Source: Oculina patagonica (lineage: Eukaryota). Taken from it: DNA of 64,000 nucleotides. Under the pieces are notes generated by a model that worked only from the letters and a program-made list of their open reading frames with translations, ran no database searches and was not told the DNA's origin. The position numbers and the translations under genes are program-made. This document shows, piece after piece, positions 33,415 through 45,325 of this stretch; the stretch's first letter is position 1; each line of letters opens with the position of its first letter. The stretch covers positions 23,374,001 through 23,438,000 of the forward strand of contig NC_135758.1 in NCBI RefSeq assembly GCF_052425735.1, written 5' to 3'.

Positions 33415-33900
33415 TTTTATAATGAAATTAAACGCTAAAATATTGTTAAAATTCATTTTTAAACTTTAAAAACTTTAAAAAAGTAGACGACGTTTCGGCG
33501 CTGCTCTACGCCATTATCAAGTCAAAAGAAGTGATAGTTAAAATAAGAATATATATAACGTGAAACAATAAAAATAGTTGTGTGTCCTATGGGCATAATA
33601 CGTAAAGTAAAACAATGGAAAAACTAAAAGTTCTAATTAAAAATAGGGAAGTGTCAAGTAAATAATTTGGCGCGGATAGAGTCACTCTGGGTGTTCAGGG
33701 AAGGATTAATGTCCCTGATGAACAGCATTTCATATACGAGGCAGTCAAACTTGCTTCTGCATTTCTTTAACACTTTGAAAAGGTGATTAATCTTTGCTCC
33801 TTTGCTGCCATGTTGTGCCTCAAGGTGTTTACCGATCGCAGAATAACGGTGCTCACTAATGCGTTGATGTAGGTGTCGGGCAGTAAACCCGACACCTACA
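33415..33900 (-). mobile_element. 5'-truncated Penelope-like retroelement (GIY-YIG endonuclease C-terminal part plus 3' region)
   Basis: Minus-strand translation VGFTARHLHQRISEHRYSAIGKHLEAQH...FKVLKKCRSKFDCLVYEMLFIRDINPSLNTQSDSIRAKLFT*; absent from paralogous copy A. Confidence 0.88.
33486..33523 (-). ncRNA. Minimal hammerhead ribozyme motif (U3-A8 variant) of the Penelope element
   Basis: GAC UUGAUAA U GGCG uagagcag CGCC GAA ACGU C GUC: stem I GAC/GUC, stem II GGCG/CGCC, palindromic ACGU helix III. Confidence 0.7.
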
Positions 33901-34110
33901 TTGAAATGTTATCGATACAAACTGATTAGTTTTATAGTTCATTTGCCAAGAACCTACCCACAAGCACAGCACGCACAACTGAGGCGCCCCTTAGAAGGAT
34001 CTAAACAAACTGCCAGACTTTCTAAATGGAACTTTATTTCTAGGTTTAGCTTGGACAGCAGAGCTTTCACTTAAGCAAGAGGGAAAACACTCAGATCATT
34101 GAAGGTAAGA
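33901..34110 (+). promoter_or_regulatory. Promoter plus non-coding first exon, copy B, probable 5' exon of the GPR19-like gene
   Basis: GAAG|GTAAGA donor at 34104/34105; acceptor ttgcag at 37066, 12 nt before the ATG. Confidence 0.55.
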
Positions 34111-34574
34111 AAGGAGAGTTGCTATATGTTTTAGCTTTGTTGATTCAGTTCCTTTTTCGCAATCCCGATTACGAACTTTTGTCTTCTTGTAATGTTTGAT
34201 TTTGAGCGCTTTCTAAAAAATCTTAAAAACGGCTCTATAGAATTTTTGCAAACGCTGACCACGCATACTTGATAATGCAACGAATTTTATTACTATGTTT
34301 TGTTAACATTGATTCACTTCAACCTTTTCATATTTAACGACAAAAGAAAAGGGTCGTTTAAACCGACGAAAAATTGTGGTTCACAAACTTCTGGCAAAAT
34401 AATGTGTTCTGCATTTCTTTATGATGCAATAATGTAATCCGTAATGTAACAAATACGGACAATAAGAGCAGGTCAGGGTAGATTGCGGTTGCCACGCCGT
34501 TACTATCTTATATCTCTGTCACTTGTATACATACCGCGATTCACTATTTAAATTACCTCAACCTGCTCTCGTCC

Positions 34575-34765
34575 GACCTCGTAGCTCAGTCGGTAGAGCG
34601 TAAGTAGATCTAATCTGGAGATCGTGGATTCAAATCCCCCGGTGATTGTCACCAAGATTGTCCTTGCCCCTTGGGATAACATTCACAAATTTTCTTCAGC
34701 AGGGGAGTAACCCTGGGGGATTTGGTGTACCGGCAGTATGGCCTACTACCGGCACCCAGTCACAT
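34575..34765 (+). mobile_element. tRNA-derived SINE
   Basis: A box gtagctcagtcggtagagc and B-box-like ggattcaaatcc, no intact cloverleaf, followed by an unrelated body. Confidence 0.65.
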
Positions 34766-36700
34766 ATATACCTCTTATTAATCGAGTTCGAGGTCCGTAC
34801 TGTAAAATACGGACCGAGTTTTTTCCCTTCGACTTATGGCCCGAGCGCTTCGCGCTTGGGCCATAAGTCGACGGGAAAAAACGAGGATCCGTATTTTACA
34901 GTACGGACCGAGAAAACGAGGTTAATAAGATATTTATTATATCTCTCACTCTGGAGTAACCTGCGATCAGGCGTTATTTTTCTCGCGGTGGAGGGGTCAA
35001 CGGAAAAATGAACGCCTGATACAATTACTTGTCGAGTCGTCTGTAAAAAGTCCAGAATCTGGACTTTTTTCTGATTGGTTGAAAAACAAAAGGCAACATT
35101 AGAACTCTATCCTGATTGGCTAATTGAGTTCAAGTCTAATTTCCGGTCCAAAAATATCGCACGTAGATGATTGTTATGATGGCGGGTGTCGAGCGGAATG
35201 AAGTAGAGAGCGAGTTCTTCTAGCTTTTAGAAAATCTTTCAAGAATTTCGTTCACAAAACATTTAAGGACGAACAAAGGGAGTGTATTCGACGAATAGTT
35301 TGTGAAAAGAAAGATGTTTTGGCGGTGCTTCCGACGGGATTCGGCCAGAGCGTGATCTATCACCAATGGTGTCGAAGATTATTACATCACACCACCAAAG
35401 ACGCCAGACGATCGTGCCAGTGACGAAAACTACGACCTTAAAATGTCTGATCTGAGCCTCACACAAAATCAGCCTTTGCTGAAAACAAATTTTAAAAACC
35501 ATCCGATCAGCTCGTTCAAAAAGGGTAATTCAAACACATGCTTGTGAGAGTAAAAATATAATTGGAAGGCGCTAATCATGCACGCTTATCTGATGGCATC
35601 GCCGACATTCTCGACGACGTTGACAGATATTTTAATAAGGGGGCGGCAGACGACTTGACAAGTAATTGTATCAGGCTTTCTTTTTTTCTCCTTCCCTCCG
35701 CCGCGAAAAAAAAGAAAGCCTGATCGCAGGTTAACTCTGGAGAAAAGAAAACATTTCAAGTCAAGAGTGCTGGAAGCGGTTTCGTTTGACTGACGCACGT
35801 CAAAGGCGAAAGGACGAGTGAATTTCATTGGCTTTGTCGTAAACAATTCGGCCGTTTAATAGCTCGATTGATAAGCGTATAAACATAATTTAAATCCAAC
35901 CTTTACTACTTTTTTTCTGCAATTAGTTTAACAGTAATTTCAGTGACAGGATGAAACAAGATACAGTGCAAGTTTCCTTTGGAATAACTTCTAAAGTTCT
36001 TTTCTTGGCGACGAAAGTGCCGCGATTGACAACATGCGTTATAGCTTATCAAACTTTCGAAAACTTATGGCAGTGTTTGTAGAAAATACTGAACGAGAAA
36101 ACACGTATAAAGTTTGAAGGAACTACTTAAAAAAACTTAGCTCTTTAAGGCGGCGTTGAATGCTACGTTGAAAGCTTGAAATGCTGTCTGGCTCGTACTC
36201 AGCTCTATCGCGTTTGCGTACGTCTTTGAAAAACTTTCCGAGGAGCTTATCGGGGACGTCAGCAGGTACGGTTTCTACATGAAATGTTCTGTCAGTCTGC
36301 TCTTAACAATAATTGTCGAACCGTTTCCATTCACTTTTCGTCTTCTTGACCGTGTTTGCATATTTCTCGACACTGATGAAACTTTCAAGTTCTTGACTTG
36401 AATCCTGCTCGGGTTGCTCTAAGTCCGCCACATCTGAGGGAAGTTTTCTCCTTCCAACAGATCACAAAAATTGAGTTTAAAGTTCGGTAGACCTTCTTCG
36501 CTTCGCCTTTGTTCCTCGCTTTTTTCCTCTGACTGCGAACGTTGTAGGAAGTTTTGAAAATCTTCTTCGCGAGGCATTTCAACTTGCAAAGGCGTACGGC
36601 ATCAGGAGAACTCTCAGTCAAATTTCGCGGGCCGTACTGCAGAATACGGCCCGCAAAATTGACCAATCACAGCGTGCGTACTATCTCAGAGATATAATAA
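34766..36700 (-). mobile_element. Crypton-like (DUF3504/tyrosine-recombinase family) defective element
   Basis: Minus strand ~36124-36400 translates as QELESFISVEKYANTVKKTKSEWKRF...DKLLGKFFKDVRKRDRAEYEPDSISSFQRSIQRRLKE with a stop; ~155-bp terminal hairpin 34774-34929; tttattatatctct / agagatataataaa inverted pair. Confidence 0.75.
34957..35733 (+). mobile_element. AcademH-like non-autonomous DNA transposon nested in the Crypton
   Basis: TIRs taacctgcgatcaggc / gcctgatcgcaggtta; exact 9-bp TSD actctggag; internal RecQ-like helicase relic FKDEQRECIRRIVCEKKDVLAVLPTGFGQSVIY at ~35262-35360. Confidence 0.85.
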
Positions 36701-37078
36701 AATAAAATATTAATAAATCTTAGGGTAGATTACAACACAATACATATATCACGGATGCATGTAATATACATTTATTTAGAAGGGATTATTGGCCGTGTGC
36801 AATGCAAATCTTAAAGGTAAAAAAAATTAATCTGCACCTAATCGAGGAAAAGCTGAAAGTTTTATTTCATTATCGTGTATTGTTAAAGAAATATGGCCAA
36901 ATATAGTTTCTTTACGAGCTAAAATTAAACATAAGCTTACCTTATATTCGGGAGGGCTTGATGTTATTGTTCAGTGGTGGGATGTTTGCGTTTGAGATTC
37001 GGAAGGGGACGCTTTTATCGGAATTTAACAGTATGTTGATATGAATTATACGATATTATTTTGCAGGTGAATTTCACG

Positions 37079-38464
37079 ATGTTTCATAACAAAACTACAA
37101 AGCCGGAGTACAGACTGAATACTGAAACAAGTTCCAGATACAATACAAGCTGGTCATCGCAAACTATTAATGCCACTGAACAGGGTGGCAGAATCTACCT
37201 TCCTACACCTTTAGATCCACTTTCAAAACACTGCTTATTCGTCTCAATGGCAGTTGTGGCAGTTCTTGGCTTTGTTGGAAATGTTTTGGTTGGCTATCAT
37301 TTCAAAACAAGACAGGAGAGGTCACGATCACGTCGTAACAGAAACCTCACTTTATTTGCAGAACGCCTAAACTACTACATCGGTAGTTTGGTCATCTCAG
37401 ATACTTTGTGCACCGCTGTCACGCTACCGTTATTTTACCTGCAAATTTTCTCTGATGTGTTTCAAAAGGACTGGCATTGTAAACTAGAGAGATATTTTTA
37501 TTTTGTCTTTCCTTGTGTAACTATAAACAACCTGCTTGTTATAGCCATAGAGAGACTTTGTGCCTCGTGGGAGATAGCTCGACGATTCAGCTTTTCCACA
37601 GTTCAAAGATTAATTGTTTTTGCCTGGTTTTCAGCTCTGCTTGTCACTTTTGCCCCAGTATCTCAGTTCAGGCTCGTGCAGTATGACCTCAACGCTACCC
37701 ATTTCACTTTGACCTGTAGATTCGTCAACAGTGAACCCCTATCTAGAGCAGCCATGCTTAGCTTCACTGTACTGGAGTTTATTTTACCAAGCGTATTATT
37801 GATAATTTGTAATATATGGGTCATGAATCAAGCATGGCAGAAGTTGCAATTTGTCCGGCGAACGCTTGGCCACAATAGACATGACAGCCACCATAGACAC
37901 GAAAACGTTTTAATAAGTAAGGGGATCTTTATGCTTGTTGCGATAACGTTTGCTTTTATAATTCCATATTTTTTAAGTTTTACCTACATCCTGTATAATG
38001 TAATTGTAAAACCAGCTATGAGTTATCGCACGGACTATATTATTCGCAATTCTGGAGGAATACTTGTAACAGCTAACAGCGCTGTAAACGTTATAATTTA
38101 CACATTACAACTACCAACCTTTCGTAATATGTTGAAAAACATGGCTCGTAAACCATTTATGTGCACGATCACTTCTGCGGAAAGAGTCGCACCTGTAACA
38201 GACGAAAATGTCATTCTTGATAAAGGTATCGAAGCGTTGAATGCAGACTTCAACAATGTTGAGGAAGTTAAAGATAAACAATTAATGAAAGAAACTGGGC
38301 GAGACAAAGCGCCATGTGAAGAGGCGCATGAATTAGAAGAACGGAGTACACCGCCTTCCAAACGGGAAAAACATGTTGGTAATAGCATGGAAGAGGTGCA
38401 AGCTGTTGAACATAAGAAAAAGGAAGCGAGTTGCCAGGTTGTAATAGCAGCTGATGTACATTGA
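37079..38464 (+). CDS. Class A GPCR, GPR19-like/peptide-receptor-like, 461 aa
   Basis: First ATG at 37079 after the acceptor; N-glycosylation sequons NKT, NTS and NAT; CKLERYFYFVFP in TM3 resembles GPR19 CKxxRYF; ERL motif; ECL2 Cys; NSAVNVIIY; long acidic tail. Confidence 0.88.
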   Translation: MFHNKTTKPEYRLNTETSSRYNTSWSSQTINATEQGGRIYLPTPLDPLSKHCLFVSMAVVAVLGFVGNVLVGYHFKTRQERSRSRRNRNLTLFAERLNYYIGSLVISDTLCTAVTLPLFYLQIFSDVFQKDWHCKLERYFYFVFPCVTINNLLVIAIERLCASWEIARRFSFSTVQRLIVFAWFSALLVTFAPVSQFRLVQYDLNATHFTLTCRFVNSEPLSRAAMLSFTVLEFILPSVLLIICNIWVMNQAWQKLQFVRRTLGHNRHDSHHRHENVLISKGIFMLVAITFAFIIPYFLSFTYILYNVIVKPAMSYRTDYIIRNSGGILVTANSAVNVIIYTLQLPTFRNMLKNMARKPFMCTITSAERVAPVTDENVILDKGIEALNADFNNVEEVKDKQLMKETGRDKAPCEEAHELEERSTPPSKREKHVGNSMEEVQAVEHKKKEASCQVVIAADVH

Positions 38465-39391
38465 CATGTGATGGGACATTAAATAAATCAATATTTTATA
38501 CAGTTTATATCAAATAAATATTCTATCCTTGAAGTTTAATGATTAATTTTTATTAATAGTAAGGTTGCTGTATGCGCGTAGACATTCGCGTTGTGGCTTT
38601 AGCGATTATTTTTCTAATAATATATCCCAGTGAAAAAAAATAATTCATCCAAATTTTCCAAAGGAAACACATCTTCAACTTACGTTTTCCGCTTAACACT
38701 CAGTATCAAAGTAAAAAAAGTTAGTTGTCTGGAAACCATTAGAAAGCATCCATTCATTGCGTATTTTCATCAGTGTAGGTAATCACATGATATCGAGAGC
38801 AATAAGGAATAGATCTTAAGTAATTTTTGGAAGTTTTCAGTTAAACTTCGGTTCCTTTGAAGCCTTTAGGTGATGTTTGGAAATCTTTTGAAGTCTTCTA
38901 AATATTTTTGGCAACCTGTTGGAGACGTTGAGTGAACTTCGGCCATTTTAGAAATAACCCAGATGACCGTCGGCACCCGTTTTTAAATTTTAGTTTCTAC
39001 ATACCAACTTATGAATTATTCGTTGGAACTTGCACTGGTACAACTTTGCACTGATCCGTACAGTTGAGTTACAATACATTCTTAGCCTGAGAGAGAGAAG
39101 CCTTTATTTAAATAGGGCTACTCCATCAGCTTTACAATAAAAACTGTTATCCTTAGAGGCCCTAGTAAAAATTAAAAATTAAAAAATCGCCTAAAGTCTT
39201 ACAGTGTACCTAAAATGGAAGTTAAAAAGATTAAAATATATAAGAGATACTAAGATATAAGCTAAAATTATGTTACATTTGTATAAAATCGAAAAATTTA
39301 ATTTTAGCCAATCAAAATTGATTATTTTTTACGTTTATTATTAGCAGCAGTAGGTTTAAATCATTCTAAAAACTCTTTTGGTCTCATTCAA

Positions 39392-40237
39392 GGAGGCTCG
39401 ATGTAGGTTTTTTAGCCCTAGAGTGGTCGTTTTGAAAATGAAAATTATCTAGGAAGCCAATGTTCGATTTTTTGCCAAAATACACCATAATGATCATTAA
39501 TGACCAAAGTTTATTTTTTTATCCGTCACTTAGTCACAAAGGTACCATAGTACCATAGCAACGATTGTTGTTTCCTTTTGTTTTAAAACAAGCCTAATTT
39601 TCTCGAAATCTAGATTGACTTTTGGTATTCATTTTTTGATATGTTTAAGATTAGTAGATTAACTAACTGTTGACAGAATTTTAGAAAAATCTGTAAGAGC
39701 GTTTTCAAGTAAATCAAAAATGAAATTTTCAGAAATATTCCGTTGTAATGTAAAAAGGGTGCTTTAAAATTGTTTCGTAGTATTTGAACGCAGTTATTCA
39801 AAATGAAATATAAATACTTACACCATCAAAGACCATTAACTAAAAGCGAGAGAGCTGGAGTTTTTGCTTTAATTTGGCAAAATATATCGACTGCCAATTG
39901 TCGGAAACTACACGAAGTTACAAAAAACTTCATTCTTGATTACCTCTAAAACGCTCTTACAGATTTTTCTGAAATTTTGTCTACAGGTAGTCAATCCGTT
40001 GTACTTAAACATATCAAAAAATAAATACCAATTGTCAATCTACATTTCGAGAAAATCGAGCTTTTTGGAAAACAAAAGAAAACGACAATCGTTGCTATGG
40101 TAACCTTTGTGACTAAGGGACCGGTAAAAAATTAAACTTTGGTCATATTTGATCATTATGGTGTATTTTGGCTTCCTAGATAGTTTTCATTTTCAAAACG
40201 ACCACCCTAGGGCTAAAAAAAACTACATCGAGCCTCC
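39392..40237. mobile_element. Kolobok-type palindromic MITE
   Basis: Termini ggaggctcgatgtag / ctacatcgagcctcc, long inverted arms, degenerate TTAA flanks (tcaa / ttta). Confidence 0.8.
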
Positions 40238-42240
40238 TTTATATGAAGAAGTGGGAGCAACATGTCCTCCTCTTTGTCTTTGTTTCACCTTTCCCTTTCT
40301 TTTCAATTTTATTTTTACTTCCAGACTCGGTTAATTCACTGCTGGGCTGATATAATTGTTCACTCTTTGATGTTTCATTAAAAAAGAAAAGAGAAGGAAA
40401 ACTAGGTCTTTGAGTTAATATAAAGAGGCGCAGTTCCTACGATTTAAGAACGAAACATAGTTTTCTTGCGAGCATGGTATTTAAAAGAAACCCGCCAACG
40501 AATTTCTGTTTTGATTCCTTCAAATGAAATTCTGCCACAACAAAAGAACATAGTGGATAAAAAACTGGGTAACTAACCGTGCTCGTTTTCTGGTAATAAC
40601 AGTAACAAAATATTTTTCCCCAAGGACCGTCATGCACCGAAAAAGCAAATGCAGGACAATTATTTAATAAATACTTGAAGGGTGGAACATATAAAAGTAT
40701 TTTGAATGAAAGGAGAAACCTCACTGGAGAAGGCCATAATCCTCGAATATTGCATTCCCAATATTTATACAGTAATAAGTCATTTCCGAGTTCCCTTTTG
40801 CCTCTGCTTAAAAACGAGTCTACTTGCGTAACCATTCAAATAAAAAATGATTTTGATTTGCATGAAAATGGACCAATTGGTGTCTTACTTACAAATTTTG
40901 ACTTAGTATTGATTTCAGATATTTAAAGGTATTTTTTATTTCTTTTCATACCACATTTATATGTTCTTCTTATTACGTTAGTGTAATTATTTCTTATTGC
41001 TACTTGCGTATTAACTATTGTAGGTCCACGGCCTATTAAATTTCAATTAACTCTTGGCAATTAACCCTAAAGTTTAGGTGAGATAAGGCCGAATAGTTTT
41101 AAAAAGTGGAAGAATTTCACGGCGTAAGGTAGACTCCAATTGAGTGTATTCAACTGCACGACTGTCATCAAAGCTTTATTTTACCAAAAGAAAAATAAAT
41201 CTGTGTTGTACAATAAGAAAAAACAGAAAGATGTTCAGTCTCCTGCCGAGGACACCCGTTTTAATAAAATCGTTAAATACAATTAAGAAACTTCTTATGC
41301 AAATTGCAAAAGGTTCCTATTGTGGTGATAACAAATCGAATTAAGACTAAGTATGCTTATAAGCGATAAATGCTCCCCTGGTAGGCATGGTATCTTGACT
41401 TTTAATTGCTTTCATGGAGCATCGCATTTCCATGGACTTTTGAAAAGGAAGCTCTCTACATGAAACTATTTTTTGAACCAAACTGGTGATGAAAAGGATT
41501 TGGAAAAACTCCAAACCTGATATGATCAATAATGGCGACACAGCCGAGTGATAAACAAAATTGGATGACTGCAATGCGGGACACCGATTTGTTAATCACG
41601 AGTATGACTATAAACAGGTTGTTAGGAGAAAAGTATCATTTTATTAATAATAGTTGAAGCAAAACTGGAGGTTGCTTCTTAGGGATTACAGTTTGGTTGA
41701 TTAACAATAGAACGTTAATTAGCCGCAACTTAATTTTGTCTATCTGTCAAAAATAATCCTTGTGAGCTTTTATTTCGGTCAGCAATATTTATTTAACTAA
41801 CACTGCCGAATAGCAAGGCTTAGAATTTTTAACTTTGTGCAGTGACTCTCGTCGAAAACGTTTGGTTATAAATTAACTTTTTTTTTTGTTTAAAATATTA
41901 ATGCTTGTTATACCACATTTATAGTGTTTCAGCAAAAATTATCTCCACATAAATATTCATGCCAAAAAGCTTATATGGTGTTTAATTGTTTCTTTTCATT
42001 TTCAACTTGTGTGTTTACTAGGTCCACGGCTTATATAATTTCAAATTTACTCTTGGCGAATTATATCGCTAAAGCCACATAGTTCAGGTCAGGAAAGGAC
42101 ATTGCTTGGCTTCATCCCGAATAACCAAGGTAAATTTAACGAACCCGTCATTAATGTTTATTTCGGATATTCATGTAAGATGTAAACCGATTAGCAACGC
42201 CTTTTTCATGCAGTTTTGTTTATGCATATCCGAATAGAGA

Positions 42241-43176
42241 ATGACCAACACAAGCTACAACAGCCCTGAGTATACTATGTTTAAAGGAGTCTCGTGGATG
42301 GTTGTTTACATCTGTGAGGCAGTTTTGATACTCATTGGAAACTCTATCACAGTTTACATCTTTTGGAGCATTCGAAAACGACTGAAGCGTACCAGTTATA
42401 TTCTCATCAACCTGGCAATTGCTGATATTCTTGTGGGAATAGCAATCACACTTTTTATCGTCGCAAGGATTGGAGTTTATTTGGAGTGGGATGTTAATGA
42501 TAATTTTGTAGTAATCAAAACGGCATCTAGTATTGATCTTATCGGAACAACATCTTCAGTGTTATCATTGGCTTTAATTTCTTTAGAACGTATGCTTGCA
42601 ATTTTGTGGCCATTTCGTCATCGGCTATTAAATATATGGTGCTACCATGTTTCGGTTGGGTTTATTTGGTTTGTTTCAGCGTTAAATGTGTTTATAAACG
42701 TAGAACTTGACCCCCATACCACCACAACAGAGAATGCTTATAACATCTTGACTCCTATTACATTTGTCTGCTCAGTTATAATCATCACCGGAGCATACCT
42801 CGCCATATGGATCTCAACGAGAGGAAACCAAGTAGACGGTAAAAACACTCGCAGGCAAATGGAACAGAGCAGAAAGCTCGCAAAAACTCTGCTTTTGGTG
42901 ACAACCTTGTCAATAATTACATGTGTGCCATATGCTATCGGTATTGCATTTACAGACTTCCTAAAAGATATGTATACATTCCAGGTGCAAATTACTTTTG
43001 CAGCACAATACGCGAATTCGTTTTTGAATCCAGTTGTTTACTGTTTTAAGATGCCCGAGTTTAAGGAGTCGCTGAGAAAGCTTAGCTGTCGTTGCGCACT
43101 TCGATGCCCTTTGTTTAATAAAAGTGCATCAGAAACAAGCAGTGGAATTACTCTGAGATCATTCAAGGATCGATAG
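42241..43176 (+). CDS. Class A orphan GPCR, cluster 2 (type C), 311 aa
   Basis: GNS, NLAIAD, LERM, ITCVP and NSFLNPVVY motifs. Confidence 0.93.
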   Translation: MTNTSYNSPEYTMFKGVSWMVVYICEAVLILIGNSITVYIFWSIRKRLKRTSYILINLAIADILVGIAITLFIVARIGVYLEWDVNDNFVVIKTASSIDLIGTTSSVLSLALISLERMLAILWPFRHRLLNIWCYHVSVGFIWFVSALNVFINVELDPHTTTTENAYNILTPITFVCSVIIITGAYLAIWISTRGNQVDGKNTRRQMEQSRKLAKTLLLVTTLSIITCVPYAIGIAFTDFLKDMYTFQVQITFAAQYANSFLNPVVYCFKMPEFKESLRKLSCRCALRCPLFNKSASETSSGITLRSFKDR

Positions 43177-44899
43177 TTTCTAATTAGTTACATGATAAAA
43201 AAGGCTTTTTTGTTTATTAGTTCAGAAATGCAAGACCCAGCTCAAGACAATCGTTAAACAAAAGTGATTGAAAGAAATTACTTTATTAAATGTCCAAAGT
43301 TCTGTTTTAATGAAATGTGTGTGTTTTTCTTTAAAGAACACCCGGAGTATCAGCTACAGTAAAAACACGCGAGTAGGAACCTGCATTTCCCCAAGTTAGT
43401 TTAAACAGGTTCTTACATCACTGGTAATTAGTACAAATTTAGAATATTTTTAGGTTTAATAGACTCTTATTTTCTGTGGAAAAGTTAACATTAGAGCTAA
43501 TAGAATTTTAGTAGTACTCTGAGCTTTTTCCGCTTTAAGTGAAATTTGCAAACCATTTGTATTTATATTTATATCATCGTATCAATGATAATATTTTATG
43601 ATTTGCAACATTGGCATGTACATTGCAAATGGAGTGATTAGGCCCCTAGGTGTCTCCAAAGAGGATCCAGAATGTCGACTTATCTTATTTATACATTTTT
43701 AATCGATTTTAGAAAATAAGAACCTGTTTCCAAATTTAAGGCTTTATGGATTCCTATAAAGAGAGTGTCTTACTGGTAAATTTTAACATAACAGGGTTCT
43801 TAAAAGTTAAGTTCTTACTCGCGGATTTTACTGTAGTGATTTTTAGATAAAAAAACATCCAGTAGATTACCCAAGGTAGACTCTAAGTAAGCATACTCAA
43901 CTACACGACTGTCATCTAAGCTTTATTTTAAAGTGCTACTGTGATCAAATTTTAACTTCTTGCATTTTTATTTAACGAAAAAGTCAAAATGGCGTTTTCT
44001 GTTTTCAAATATCTGTTTTAGCTTAGTTTCGGAGATATTTAAGCTTAAAAAATCATAAAATGTGCAAATTAGGGGAATCAATGACGTCATCTAATCGACC
44101 AAATTTTATTTTAAGTACCTTATTACATGAAATTTTGGCGACACGTTAATTAAGCGATTTTGAAAAATCCGTATTTAGCTACATTTTAATTTAGCGATTT
44201 TTTGATTTTTTTTTTGAATCGCTTCATTCGCTAAATTACACAAATCGACTTATCTCGTAAGATGAAACTTGGCAGTTATAGTTATACAAGTTATACAGTT
44301 TAAGGGGTTATACAAGTTCTAAGCGAAGCAACTTGCAGAGTTTTCAATTAAATTTCAAACAGTTTATTAAATTTTTTTTCACAAATTTAAACTGGAAAAA
44401 ATGATGTTTTACATTAAAATTGTAATAAAGTTAAAATTTATTTGAGGTCCTTTGCCATTAGCCTGAAAGCAATCTTCCAGAACTTTGGTTTTTAGTTTTA
44501 TCCAAAACGTTTGAAAAATAAAAACGTATGTGAATTTTTACTAGATTGTTTTTAAATCTCAGACGTTGGATTATTACTCGATGGAGTTTTTAATCAAATT
44601 TTACTTCCAGTAGTGAGTCTTCAATAAAAAGTAAGGTACTTTTCACTTGTGTGGATAATTACTTGTTATTTAAAAAAATGTGTGTTCTGACTTATAACTG
44701 CTTTGTTTGCTTAGTATATCTTTAGTATATCATACAAAAAGCCACAAAAGCAAGATAATTAAGCTGGAAGTGACAATAATGAGATATTCGATAACGACAT
44801 GTGGCTATTCCCAGCTAATTGGCATTTGCGATTTTCGATGCAACAATAGATAAATTCACCATTCAATTTCTATTTCGGATTCTTCAATGCTGTACAATT

Positions 44900-45325
44900 T
44901 TCACAACAGAGGAACATTATATGAACCTCATGTAGAGTACATGAAACAAAATGTTGCCGAGATCCGCCAGATTCCGATTTTGAAACAGATGTTTTTCGCG
45001 GTATAATTTGTAATAATAAAAGAGTAGGTTTAAGCATCTTTCATTTCTTTTTCATGTTATGTTCCTCTGTTGTGGCAATTGTGCATCACAGTGGATTTCT
45101 CTGTTGTTGCATAGGGTCATGAACATAAGAAAAAGCCAATTAGCTGAAAACCACATGTTGGCTAAATCCGCCACTGAGATCCCGATTTTGATACAGGCTT
45201 TTTCGCGGTGTAATTTGTTATCAGAAAAAGGAGGTTTCATTTCGTTTTTCAAACCTACTTTTTTATGATTATAAATAATACCTCGAAAAAAAGCCTGTAT
45301 TAAAATCGGGATCAGGCGGATATGG
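44900..45325. repeat. Direct plus inverted repeat cluster (TE remnant)
   Basis: atccgcca..ccgattttga.acag..tttt.cgcggt unit at ~44963 and ~45166, inverted copy at ~45250-45322. Confidence 0.55.

Noticed and set aside
34575-34650. Possible tRNA gene
   Set aside because: A and B boxes are present, but the acceptor and anticodon stems do not pair; better explained as a SINE head.
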